Of a stretch of DNA of 64,000 bases, positions 24,790 through 38,233 are shown piece by piece. This stretch comes from Octopus sinensis (lineage: Eukaryota): contig NC_042997.1 of NCBI RefSeq assembly GCF_006345805.1, positions 163,556,001 to 163,620,000 of the forward strand, given 5' to 3'. Within the stretch, counting starts at the first letter, position 1, and each line of letters opens with the position of its first letter. The notes under the pieces are model-generated. The model was not told the origin of the DNA, ran no database searches, and was given only the letters and a program-made list of their open reading frames with translations. The position numbers were made by a program, and so were the translations under genes.

Positions 24790-25940
24790 TGTTAGGAAGA
24801 TATATGTTAGAAATGAGTGTGAAAAATATATTAATTTTGTGCACCAAAACTCATTTTGAAGTAAATCACAAAATTCAATTTGACAATTCTCTTGTAAAAG
24901 TATAAACACCATTCTCTTATATCATATACACAACAAAGCACTTGACCTCTTGAGAGCCAATGAACTTCATTGCACAAAATCAGTTTTATAACCTTGCTTC
25001 CATCTTTTCCTAAATATGCGAATGAACTTGTTTCAAGAGATCTACTTTTAACATAATTAGGCTTTTTAATAACTTGTTCCATAACTAATTTTGATTTATT
25101 TATAATTGTTTTGGGCAACTTATATGTCATGATGTGAAAAGCAATTAATGGTTAGAATATTTACAACTTCTGTTTTTGACAATGCTGTAAAGCCATTTGA
25201 TAAACCACTGATTGAAAGTGCATCGTCTGTACATAATTTTATACAATTAGTTCATTGCAAAATGTTTTTCTTCAAAAAGCTAAAATTTTAAATACATGTT
25301 CACTTCTGCTTTTTAAGAGAAATTTTTGAATGAAACATATAAAGCAATTTTTGTGCTGACTTACATCTGTTGACTCATCTATGTGTAATGCAAACATTCT
25401 ATTATCGTTTGTTAAAATATTTTTCTTATGCATTTTAATATCTTTAGACATATCTCAAATCTGTCTTTCAATCTTATTGTGTGTTAAAAGAATTCTTTTA
25501 TTTTTTTTTATTTTGAATTCAAATTTGGATCCAAGTATTGTTAAAAACTGTTGCACAACAAGGTGGTTTCTGAAACTGTATATGGGTCCTTGTTTTAGGC
25601 TATTAGCTAAGCAACCAAGTAACCTGATTTAAAAAATTTTCTTAATAAATAATATGGATTATTTCATAGATTTTGAAAAGCTCTTTGAAGTATTCTCAGA
25701 GCTTTCCTGACAGACAATTATATTTGGGGATAAAATGGGTATTCATTATATTTAGTACCATTTGCAACTACTTCACCACAAATCAAAAACACTCAAAACC
25801 TGTTTCTTGCAATCTTTGAAAAAGAAAAAAAACTTAGAAATTTTGCATGTACATTTCTTACCTACAAATGCTTTCTGTATTGGATTCTTCACAAATTTTA
25901 TTTGTTGGTACTACATTCCATTAATTTTCACAATTACTTT
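24790..25940 (-). mobile_element. Decayed hAT (Charlie/Buster, ZBED5/SCAND3-like) transposase
   Basis: Minus-strand motifs FALHIDESTDVSQ (about 25350-25395), CTDDALSISG (about 25205-25235) and NEVHWLSRGQVL (about 24935-24970), corresponding to DESTD, CTDGA and EVRWLSRG. Many stops and frameshifts. Confidence 0.85.
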
Positions 25941-27799
25941 CAACAGCTTTTTGTTTCTTAACTAAAATTTGACACATTTTTATCCAAGAGCTTTGCAAAA
26001 ATTGTAACTCAAAACTAGAAAATGAGAGAAGATTGGAATAGAATGATTTTAGTAGCTTGTTAAAAAAAAAAAAAAAGACAAAAGACAAAAATTTTCCTAC
26101 ACACCTGCAGAAGTTTGTGTCCAAGTGGACAGCATTCCTCCCCCTCCTCTTCCTGCTACTAATACCACCACCACCACTACCACCACCATCACAATCATCA
26201 TGCTCTCTGTAGAAATCCATTAAGTTGACAGTGACCCTGCCACAAATTTGACCTCAGTTACTACTGAACAGATATTGTCTCCCCAAATATTACTTCTGGT
26301 CACACATCCATTGAACTTGTAACAGTCTTTCTGATGAACAGGGAACATATAAAAATAATAGTATTTATGAATATTTATGAATTTATGAATAGTATTTATG
26401 CAAATATCAGTGTTTAAACCCCCAAATTAAATTCCTAAATAAATTGTCTGTAAAAATTCAACAATTCAACAAAATATTTGACTTTTGATAACAAGGCAAC
26501 AAGTATTAGCGAAAACATCTAAAACTTGTAAAATTTAAATCTTATCATAATAATCTTTGTATTATTAGTAAGATGTAGAAAATTCTGATAAAATATTGTG
26601 ACAAAACTGTGTGCAACAGGCGATATTTGTTTTTGGAATTTTGTTAAAGCTTATAGCTGTCCTCTTTTTTGCTACTTACATTGTTTTAACACTCCCATTC
26701 CTTTGTGTATTGACGTCTAACGACAAAGAGGTTTTGATTGAACAAAGTACCAGTCAAATTTAAATTGTGGTCTCAAAACTTTAAAATATGATATGAATAA
26801 TAATGGTACTTTCAGTGAAATTATATAGTAATATAAAATTCATAAGATTTGTCTTAATTTCATGACACACCTAAAGATTATTGGCCACACAACTTAGAAA
26901 ACTCTGCTCCAAGTTTTGAGATCATCTTTCAGCAAAAGTAGCACCAGTGTTGGTCTTAGCTTTAAATGGCTATAAACCTCTCTAAAAAACTATCCTTAAG
27001 TCTAGTTGAAGGAGATCATTATTATCTATATGATGAATAATCCTCTTAATTTGTTTTAGATTATTTCATGCAGTTTCATTATTTGTTTTACTGTCTTTTT
27101 ACACCCAACCCTAGTATTTGGAAAGCAGTTAAGTTAAATTACTGTCTTTAAAAACAGAATTTGTAAAGCAGGAATTGCTTTATTTTACTAACCTGGAACT
27201 TAGCCAGTAAATCTGGCTAAGTTCCAGTACCACACTACCTAGAAAAGTTTGATCTTTACTTGGAAATCCTGAATTTTCATGTATAGTAAATGATTATTCA
27301 TCTGTAATAGCCCTTAAGAATAAACTTTTGTTCTCAAATAGACTCTCTCCTATTTAGCTGTTGTTCATATGCATTCTAGTCATTTGTAATAATGGAGACT
27401 AACAATAGTGGAGACTTCAGCTAGGTATATTTTTCTTTGATAAACCTAAAAATAAATTATTGTATTGTTTGTAAATGCTTTCTTCACCTTAAGTTCTTTG
27501 TAATATTTTTTTATAACACTAGATTTGTTTTAGTGAGTAATATTTTAGTGAATCACTGTGGTCTTTATGATGAGATTGTTCATAAATATTTTTTTAAATA
27601 AAATCCACATGGAAAAGCAGATGTAAAAATATGGTGATAATTTTGAAGTTGAATAGATTTGATTTATAATAATGAGTTACTGTAATAAACATGTATGTTT
27701 AGAAATTCTGGTTTTGAAGGTAATAATTAACTCCAGGAATATCATAATGTATGTACTAATGAATAGTATGAATCAAGGAATTCATTAACATTTCAAAAA

Positions 27800-30140
27800 T
27801 GTCTTTATATATAAACAATTCACCCACCTCTGACCTGTATCTGTGGACTTCAATCCAGTTTGGATCTTAACAACCATCTTTTATGGTTGATGATACACAA
27901 ACTACACGTCTTATTCTTCTCTGGGACACAAATCTCTCAACCACTTTCTTTAATCCATCTCTGCTCTTCAGGTTACACTTTATGTCATAACTATTTTCAT
28001 ATACGTGGCATCTCTCTATATAGAATACACTCTTCCTACCACTCACTTGAACTTCAGCATCAATGTCTATCTACTACTTACTCTAGTTGAAAGTTACTCT
28101 TTTCTGTTTATCCATGTTAATTCATATCTACTGCTCGTCAAACTTTCTGAACAGATAATAACTATTCAACTATCCTCATTGAGGGCATCTATCTCAATTC
28201 ACCTCTCTCTGATGTCCTCATCTTTGGTGATTTTAATACATATCATTCTTCTTAGTTTTTGCACTCTCTCCCACACTCATACTGTTAATGTAGAGGCTAG
28301 ATCATTTGCCATTCTGAATAATCTCCCTTAGTTAGTATCCTCACCTGCCCATATCACAGACTGACTCACAAACATTCTTGATCATTTTCTCATCTTCAAT
28401 ATCAGATTTTTCTCAGCCATTACCATCTCTGTACCTGTCAAGATAACATCTCTGATATTTTCCTCTCACACAAATAAGTTAACTAGTTGGAGCTGCATTA
28501 GTTGTATGCTAATTATTCTTGACAGGAAATGTTCTTGACATTTGACCTATCCGAAACAGCTAAGCATGCAACTGAAAACCATCCTCCTAGCATGTAACGG
28601 GAAACCATCTTCCACATTCTACACCCTCAAGTAGCAACACAACTTACTGTTCATCTACAATGGCAAGGCTGCACTACAAACAAAAAAAAAAAAAACAACA
28701 AAACACTGCCTACAACACCTGGAAAAAGTTACCCATTATCACCAACTGGAAGTTATGTAGCCATCACTGCAAAACAATCATCAAGAAAGAATAAGATGGA
28801 CTTATGTACCACATAACCTGCAAACTTTATTGCTTCATAAATTATAGCAATGCCAGAAGGTATTGCCTTTGCAAGAGTGTCTGTACTAACTTGCAGAGTC
28901 CTCTTACTTGCCATTCTTCAACTAAGATAGCTCTCTTGCTCTTCAATTTGCTTCCAACTCCACTTTTTACACTCAGAACAAAATTCTTGCTAACTCCTCT
29001 TCACTCTACTTGTCTCAATACTTCATTACCAAGTGCAAAAAGTTTTCTGATTGCTTTATCTTAACAAACTGGATGGTTCTGACAGTATGTCTACCCATTA
29101 CCATCAAAAGGTATATTCCATATCTTGTTCCTATCCTCTACAAACACTTCTATTTTTGTATCTCTACAGAGGTCTGTCCTAATTTATGGAACCTTTAAGG
29201 ATGAAATGTTTTCTTTTATATTATATATAAGCATCATCAAAACTACATTGCATACCCTTCATCACCAGGGCCATAAAGTACTTCAGCTTTGATTAGTTAC
29301 TGATGCTCTACAGAGCTCAAATATGACCCACAATGGAGTACTGCTCGAAATATCTAGAAAGGTATTGCTACTATTTAGTCAAATGTCTAGACTGTACCAT
29401 ATACATCCTATATCAGTTGACATTGACCATGCATTTGCACTTATGTGTGCAGTCACTGCAAAATAGCTTTTGTGGAAGACTTGCAGTTGCCTATGCATGC
29501 AAGTCTTTTCTCTGCACACTAATTTTTATCCAAAGAAAGGCTGCTGACTGAGGCTGATACAGCTTGGTATGAGTATCATTGCAAGTATTACTGTCAGAAT
29601 GTCAAGTGGCACATCAGATATCACAAAGTGCTTTTGCCAACCCTCTAACATTTCTGCTAATTCACTGCTCTGGATTGGTGCATTTTTATAAACTTTGGAA
29701 GAATGAAAGGCACAGTTAACCTTGGTAGAATTTGAACTCAGAGTGCAGAGAGCAAGGACAATAACTTCAAGGCATTCCATTCAATGCTTTGATGACTTGA
29801 TGCTGTATTAAAAATATTCAGTTGATTAGCAAAAATTTACTTCCCCAATTCATGAAAAACTAGCTTAAGGCACTTTGATTCATCTCTCTGCTGCTCCATC
29901 TAGTTCTTCATACCTGTCTCTCCTACTCTCATTACCCCTACCATTTTTTACCTCTCAAATTCTTCTCTGAGCATTGTTTCTAATCATTTCTCCTCAGAGC
30001 TACAACAGTTTGAAATTTTATCCTTGTCACACTTTTCCTACAAACCTTTTGCTACCTGTGTTCAAAATCTCACCACTGTCAGGACATCTGTGAAGATCAT
30101 GAGCACTATCTGTATTCTAACTTGTAAAAAAAAAAAAAAA
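27800..30140 (+). mobile_element. Fragmented CR1/L2/Jockey-group LINE
   Basis: APE motif DVLIFGDFN (about 28211-28237), LHVLFFSGTQIS (LTET-like), C-terminal LLMLYRAQI*PTMEYCS (about 29297-29347), poly(A) at 30126-30140. Confidence 0.8.
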
Positions 30141-32501
30141 TTCATGTTAATAATCTTCTGCTATTTAATGGGATTTACTTATACTTCATCGAAGATGACT
30201 AGAAGCATTTTAGTTTAATATCTTGTACTCATGATTAATAAAATATATATAGTAATTATGATCTTTATAAACAAATATATTCTCTTTCTGTACCTAAATG
30301 CCATTCCAAATCTTCTTACTTCCTTCATATCTAGTACTAACATTTAACTCCTGGTATATTTATTATTAGATCTGTACTGCATATGATTTTTATCTATACT
30401 AATTTGTTCTTTGTTCATACCATTTTTCACAATCATTCTTTTCATTCCACTAAACCATCGTTAGAGCATTTTTTTTTTGTTGCCAATGTTGTATTCTATA
30501 TCTAATTCTCTATGTTTTCCCATACATTTTAATTGATCTTTATCCTTTAACTTTCTAAAATATTGATATCCTATCCCACATCTTATTATTCCATAATATT
30601 TTCCATTTATATCATGATTTATTTTGTTTAGAGTTCTTATATCTTTCAACCCTATCTCATTTGCTGCATTTGTCCTTGCAGTTCTTAATAAATTGTTTAT
30701 TTCTGTTACATTGTTAGTGATATGATTGATGACTGTTAGTTTTCTTTGTGATCTCATTAAAACATTTCTGAAAGATGCGTAGCCATCGTAATCATTGTTT
30801 TTCATAAGTTCAACTATCATTGTCATTATCGTTTGATTATCTTAAGTAAATATATCTCTATTTTCTGATAATTCTATCTCTGATTCTCTACATCACCAAC
30901 CTTGTATATTCTGCAATCTTTAACATTTGTTAGCTCCTTATTAAAACCACCCATTGCTTTATTTCTTCAAACTAATTCTTTCAACTATCCATTTTCCCTA
31001 ACTGCCCTATCTTGATCACAAATTCGCTACTCTTGATCTCTACCTCTATTCTCTCACTGTAATTCCAACTAGAGTCACTGGGTTACTTTGATAGTAACAT
31101 CATATGTTATCAAAGTGGGTGCTACTGCCTCCTCCCCTCAGTGGGCATTGAGATGGTCCAGGTGGGTGCTGGTGCCTAAGGAGGCGGTGGGGGGGGGGGG
31201 CGGTAGAGAAAAAGGAAGTGTTGGGAGGAAGGCAGTGGATTGGGGGAAGCTATGAATTTATTATAATATTATTATAGTTTTGTATACAAATTATATAATA
31301 TTATATTAAATATAAAATGGTTCATAGTATATATAAATCAGTGAAATATAAAATATTTATTTATACATAAAAATAGGGGTGGAAGCACTGAGGGTATTAT
31401 GTGGCCATGAGGGTGTTATGTGGCCATGAAAACCTGTTCTATATCAATAACATTTGAACAGGTGTGGGTTTTGTTTGATAAGGATAACACCAACATTTAT
31501 CCTTCTCCTCTTTGTCGTCGTCGTTGTCACCACCACCACCACCATCATCATCATTTATGTCTGTTTTTCCATGTTTATATGGGATGGACAATGCTCCTCC
31601 ATTTAATTTTTCCTGGACATATATAGTTTATGCATAATTTTGAACAAGTTAACTTTGGCTTCAATTCTCATCAACATCATCATCAATTAACATCTGCTTT
31701 TCGTGCTGGCATGGTTTTAATGGTTTGACATGGAGCTGGCTAGTCGGGAGCTGTCCTGACTCCAGCTGTCTGTTGTGGTATTGTTTCCATGGCTGGATGC
31801 TTCTCCTAATGCCAACCACTTAACAGAGTGTTTTGGGTGCTTTTTACAAGATAATTGTCCATAAGCTGTACTGATGAGATATAAGATTATTGAAAAGACT
31901 GAGGGAAAAAGAGAAAGAAACAATATTAAATATGTAACTTAAATTAGAGTTGAACTTTCACTCTGTGCTTTAAATTAAAAGTTAATACAGATGATGGAAG
32001 AAAAAGAAAGATTCTTTTAATAAATATAGTACAAAATACTAAACTTCAACTGTATTTAAATTTTACCTCTACACTTTACTTTGAATGGTAATTACTTCTC
32101 TCCCTCTACCAAACAAAGAGTACAAGTAAATCATTCTTCTAGATGGAAGACAGTAGGAGAGGGAAATAACTTGCTACTGGAATGATACAGTATATGTGTG
32201 TTTGTGTGTGTGTGTGTGGTGTGTGTGTGTTTGTTTATATATATATAACAGACGTTAAACAATGGTGATGATGATGATGATGATTGTGTGTGTGTATCAT
32301 CATCATCATTTAACATCCATTTTCTATGCTGGCATGGGTTGGATGGTTTGACTGGAGCTGGTAAGGCCAGGGACTGCGTCAGGCTACATTGTCTGTTCTG
32401 GCATGGCTGAATATCCTTCTTAAAGTCAACCACTGGGTGCTTTATTATGTGACACAAGCACAGGTGCTTTTTATGTAGCACTAGCACATGCTACTTATAT
32501 A

Positions 32502-32881
32502 TCTCTCTCTATATAAACGGCAGTTTGTCTGTGCGTTTTCTGTGTGTCTGTTTTCTCGTACCCTCACCCTGACCACGGCTTTCAACCGATTCTGATGAAA
32601 CTTGACACACACATAGCCCAATGTCATAATTCAAAACTAACGCAGCGAAAATTTTGAAAAGTTCCCCCAGTTCTGAAAAAATCGATAAATTCGACATGGG
32701 GTCGAGAATCAGAAACCCAAACCACAGACCGTCTAGGGGACGCAACTCCACCTTTTTAACTCTCAAAAAAATTTACCATAATTTTTTTTCCATTTTTTGC
32801 TATTTTTTGGCTATAACTCTCTAAAAATGCTTTATAGTTATTTCCCTTACAAACCTGAGCAACGCCGGGCGATACTGCTAG
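32502..32881 (+). mobile_element. Non-autonomous Helitron, 380 bp
   Basis: 5' TC after A, 3' CTAG (32878-32881) before T, subterminal GC hairpin cctgagc-aac-gccggg (32854-32869), no TSD, CpGs largely intact. Confidence 0.85.
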
Positions 32882-33158
32882 TTTTGTATAATTACATCTC
32901 CTAGAGTTGTATGAGTAAATTCTGATAGCTTGCATAATGTGCTTTGCAGAGTTTGACAAAAATAATTTTCATGGTCAAAAAATATATTTTTAATTTTATA
33001 TAACTTTTACTTATAATCTTGTTAACACTTTGATCATTTTATGTTGTTTAATTTTCAAAATGTAATAATTAATGATTTGCTTGCTCTTTTTTGTTAGGTC
33101 TTTCAAGAACTAATAGTCACCCCATTAACAATTTTGCAATTATTTGAATACACTAAAT

Positions 33159-33316
33159 ATGTCCCACTACAGCTCTAAAAGAGAAGATGGTACTAAATTC
33201 CTTGAGTCCAACAGAAAAAAAATATCTCTAGGAAGCAGTGATAAGTTAACAGCAGAGTTTACTAATCAAGAAATTCCATCCCAAGAGCAGGTTTCATCTG
33301 TCTCTAGAGCTTCAAG
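33159..33316 (+). CDS. SVIL: First coding exon of supervillin-like gene (exon 33098-33316 including 5' UTR)
   Basis: Acceptor ctttttttgttag ends at 33097. An in-frame TAA at 33126-33128 precedes ATG 33159. Open frame MSHYSSKREDGTKFLESNRKKISLGSSDKLTAEFTNQEIPSQEQVSSVSRAS runs to donor AG|gtaaaa after 33316. Phase 2 matches the acceptor of the large exon. Too short for the ORF track. Confidence 0.75.
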
Positions 33317-33899
33317 GTAAAATTCTTCAAATTTAATTTTGATCAAAACATTTCAATTTCATGGCTAATATGTATCAGAATGATTAAAGCCATGAGATTA
33401 TAATTATCTATACTTCATTTGAAAATAAATGAAAAAGATCAGATGTTCCCCACAATCTGCATATATAATTGAAAAGGGTTGTAATATCTGTTCAAATAAT
33501 TCCAACAATTCAAAATAAATTTACATAATTTTGTTGATTTAAAAAAGTTTACTGATTTACAATAAGTAAAAATTATTTCTGAATTCATCTTCAGATAGAT
33601 TAAATATAATTCATATCTTAGGATCTTAACTGACAGAAAGATTTGAAAACTGTTGAAAAGTGATTGATTTACATGTGGAATATATAAACATTTTATGTTA
33701 AATGGATCTGTAATTTAACAACATTGCATAGGTAGTTGAAACAGGCACCTTGTAAAAACAATACAGAATTTCTAACCCATGCTAGCATGGCAAAATGGAT
33801 GTATACCAATCAAACGAATTAGAATTATTAATTGAACAAAATACTGGTTCTATGAATCCCTTGTGCAAGGTATTTCATGAACTGGAAATTTCAGTGATC

Positions 33900-35230
33900 A
33901 TATTTGGAAATAGCAGGATAGGTACACTAGTTATATGAAGGCTGTTGTTGTACAAAGTCTAAAAAGTAATCAAAGTTCCTGGAATTTCTTTGATGCAAAT
34001 AACTCAACCATTGTAACAATGAGAACACCATTCAAGCAACTAATAATTTTCTACTGATGAGGTAGGTACACGAAAGCCAGAGAGACTTTGTTCTTACCTA
34101 AAAAAAAAAGGTCAGACAAATGATTGTGAATATCAAATCTCTGCCTGGTGAGGACTGTACTCCCCAACATAGGTTAGTGATTATCAATTTTCAAGATGAG
34201 GATTAGAAGATAATAAAGGAAATTACCATTAAGAGAAGGAAGATATGAAAATTAAAACATCCTTTTATTAGATATAAACCCCAATTAGCACCAAATGTTT
34301 TGTTCCTGTTTAGATTAGAAGACAGGAGAGATGGAGAGCTATAATATTAAAGACAGTAAGATGATCCTAAGGACCACACTGCAGAAAATTGATTGGTAAA
34401 ATAGCTCCAGTTAAGATGCCATTGTTGAGGAATTAATATAGTAGACAGGGCTACATAAGCTAAATAATAGAGTAGGAAGGAAAGGGAGAAAGTAGGTAAC
34501 AAGGAGTGATATCAGGAAGTTAGATTATCCATTCAGGAAAAAGATTGAAAGGCAGAAGTTTGTTAATGTTCTATGTCATGGAGATAGAAAGCATTATGTA
34601 TTTTGATTGTGAAGCAATTTATTTGCACAAACATAGTTTCATAGATATAGGATCTGAAATAAGTTAAATGTTCATTAATTGTTAATAGTAAGGGGTTTTG
34701 TGAGCTACTTAGATGGCTTGCTAGATTTGATGTAATTAATACTTGAGGTAATTGTAGTTAGAACAAAGGAGCTAGAGTATGAAAGCGGCTTCAGGAGCTG
34801 GTACTCTCTCCATGGAAAAGGTATACCGTGTGAAGAATGTATTAAGAATTTGATGTTGAGTTGCAGTGAAATATGGTCACTGAAAGTGGAAGAACTGCTG
34901 AAAATGGACAGAAATGAGAGGAGTATGAGCTACAAGGTATACAACATTAATTTGCATGAAATATGGAGCTAAAGTGACCTGAGAGAGCATCTGGGCAATA
35001 ATGATATCAACCAACGTGTGCAAGACATTTGGTTATTATGCATACAGATCATAGATGCTAGTTAAAAAAACAAAAAGATGTGTATTCACCATAGAAGATA
35101 CTAAAGAGAAAAGAAGACAGATATGACATGGGGAAAAGTGAAGAGGTCAGATTTCATGATACCTTACAGTTGAGATGATATGTTGGGATATTGGCTTGTC
35201 TAACAAAAATGATGATAAAATGATGATGAT
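33900..35230 (+). mobile_element. Highly decayed, internally deleted RTE-clade LINE
   Basis: Endonuclease C-terminal remnant NIKSLPGEDCTPQHRLVI (about 34128-34185), purine-rich + strand, GAT-type tail near 35215. Confidence 0.65.
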
Positions 35231-36249
35231 TGTGAATATCAACTATTGTGAAATGAAAGTATTAGCTATTTTTTCAAGCAAAAGGAAGAGGCTTAAATAG
35301 TATTAACACAATAAATCTCAATCTAATGAATAGTGCTCATAAGTTTTATGCATATTGAATTTATTTATTATTTTTATCACATACTAGACAATTTTGTTAA
35401 TTCTCTAAACATAAAAAAATGTAGCAGTAATTTTTTTGAGCAGTTGAATATCAATTTGTCTTTTCTAGTTCATGGGTAGTTTAAGTATTGATGCTTTTAT
35501 TACTTTTTTTAAGGATTAAGCTTTAGATTTAGAGAAAAAGGAAGTGCAAATTAGCTGTGCTTATACATTTCCCTAAGTTTTTAACACTATAAGTGATTCC
35601 TTAAATGAAAGAATGGTAAAAGTAAAATGTAGAAATTCAAAAAGCTTATACAAATTTTGTATTATTTAGATGAAAAGAATATGTGTTTAGTATATTTTGC
35701 AAAGATACAATTTTTACCTTTTCATGTTTCAGAATTTAAGTTTTTGTTATGGTTAATTAAAAATTGAAAGAGATCTCATTTGATTTCTGATATTATAATT
35801 CCTGATGCTTAATAAATCTATGATGAAAATTCAATGGAAAAAAATTATGGCAACTAACTTAAAATTAGTCACTCTTGTTGCAGTGTTTGTGAAAGTATCA
35901 GAAAATATTTCATTATTGGAATCTTTATGAATATTAGATAAAAGCTAATGACTAAGGAAAATGCTCAAGGACATTCTCTGCTTGAAAACTTAAATGATAC
36001 TAAATGAAGTAAGCTAGGAAGTGTTAATTAATTAAAATTACTTGTAGTGAGGGGTAAGAATCTTTAGCTTAATGGTCTTTTCTGAGATAACCCCTGAAGT
36101 TTTAATTTATTTAAATTAATTAGCGATAGAATGTGGACAATAGAGTGATTATGATCTTGGTAGAATGGTAGCAGATCTACACATACCTTCTTGACAAACT
36201 ATAGCCTTTACCAATGTTACCAGATAAAGAACACATAATATATTATTAT

Positions 36250-37340
36250 CATTCTTACATCATTTTTACATCCACTTTTCCATGTTTGCATGGATCAGTG
36301 GGTCTTCTCTAGTATACAGAATCTTGCCATTTGTTGTATTCTTTTGTCATTTTCTTTGTGTAGTTCAGCATCCTGATATCAGCTTTCACCACTTCTGCCC
36401 AAGTTTTCCTTGGTTTTTCTCTTCCACAATTTCTTTCTGTTTGGATGTGTGAACCATGTTGCTCATGCACACTGACATAGCATATTCAGTAGTGCATGTT
36501 TCATGTTCCTTTAACTTTTGCATATCCTTCACAGTCAATGCCCATGTCTAATTTACTTTCTGTACACAAGCAAAGCTCAGCCTATGCTTCTCTTGAAGGT
36601 ATAATCCCTTTGTTGTCAACATAGGTAATAACTGCTTGAACTTTTCCACCCTGTTCTTATTCTGGTTGCTAAGCTTTCAGAGCACACTCCTTCATAGCTG
36701 ATCAGGTTACCTAGATAAAAGAAGTTATCAACTTCTATGGAGCCATCTAAGCTTTGAAAAGATTTATTTTACTAGTGCTTTGATTACTCACTACTCCTAC
36801 TGTGTATAAAGTCTATTTCCTTTGTTAAGATGCTTGTGATCCTAGTACACTTCTTGTGTGTCCATAATTCACACCGTGCACACAATATGGAGTTTATACC
36901 CACTTGCTTTCTGCATATCTAGCACAACCATTTTCTCGAATGTAGCAGAATCTTCTTTCTCATTTACTATAATTTTTGTCTTTTCTAAGTTTACTCTGAA
37001 AGCCTCTCAGTTCTATGTTTTGTTTCTATACTTGGAATTTATCCCCTAAATCTTCTACGGCCTTCACTATAATGGATAGATCATTAGCATACACAAGTTG
37101 CTGTAGACAGTCTGTCATATTTTGAAGAGGGCTGAGAATCAACCCTTAATGTACACCTACCTGCATGCTAAATTCCTCACTGACATATTGCTAACCTTCA
37201 TTTTGGTTACGGTATCTCTGTACATGACTTGTACTGCCCTTACAAGCCAAGCATCTACACCTAATTTCCTTAAAGACAACTCAACTTTAGATTGAGGTTC
37301 CTTGTCCAGATCAATTAATGCTAGTTACAGAAGTTTCCTC
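36250..37340 (-). mobile_element. Decayed RTE-clade LINE (RT to 3' end)
   Basis: Minus strand VYANDL (YADD remnant, about 37077-37094) and DNFFYLGNLISYEGVCSESLATRIRTG. Similar pieces at about 940-1145(-), 3150-3580(-), 16150-16660(-) and 55960-56270(-). Confidence 0.8.
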
Positions 37341-38233
37341 TTAGCTATATATATATATGTGTATGTGTGTGTGTTTGTGAACACATGCACACACAAGCTC
37401 ATACATACACACACACACATATTGTAAATTATATTGAGTAATATCCTAAAAGGATTTAAGGTACAGTTCTATTTGTGTTTTGAAAGTTGGCATCCATATA
37501 ACTATGTTTAATTTTGTAACAGGTAATTATTAAACTGATGTGTCCTTCCTGGTGTCATGTGCTTTAACAATCACCTGTTAGATTAAGGAAAGACAAATAG
37601 GTGTCTTGACAACACTGACTTACATCCATAGTGTCCATTGCCGTAGCAACAACAGCATCATGTTGTTAAGTCTCATCATCATTATTATCATCAGTAACAG
37701 CAGTGTCAGTAGTGGCAGTGCAGCATCACTGTTGACTTTATTAAAAAGATCTACTAACCCACATATGCAATGATTGGATTTATCTGCTTGTATCTGTTGA
37801 TGAAATGTTTTATAACTATAAACTTTTTCTAACAATTTACAACAGCGAATAGGTGAATAATTACTTTCTCTCTTAGCAAATATATTAAAGTTTCACTTCC
37901 AGGGATACACTGTAATACATCCAAAGAGTTTTATTACTGCTAAATAAACTTTGTGTTCATCACTTTCACCATTGATCCATATCTGAATATATTTTTTCAC
38001 ATCAATCACATAATCATTTAAATTTGTTTCAGTACATAACTGTTGATTATTGCTTTGTATACAGGTTGTTAGTGAAGCTTATTTTTCTGCATGGTTTCTT
38101 GTGGTACTTTTTTTTTTTTTTTTAGAAAATCTCAAAAAATTCACATTTTAATCTCAATATTTTTTTGTTATTGTAAAAGAATACATCACATAAATTTTGT
38201 TTTCAGAATTATCATTTTGTTTTTCTTTTCTAG

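Noticed and set aside
32592-32602. CTGATGA in the Helitron (also 22582, 26331, 31871, and minus strand at 42719)
   Set aside because: No correctly placed GAAA plus UH with supporting helices.
34054-34080. CTGATGAG...CGAAA hammerhead-like string
   Set aside because: Helix II is incomplete, no helix I or III is found, and it lies in RTE endonuclease-derived sequence.
38091-38233. N-terminal 47 aa of the 858-aa ORF as coding or signal peptide
   Set aside because: It is the T-rich intron end and pyrimidine tract. The exon starts at the AG.
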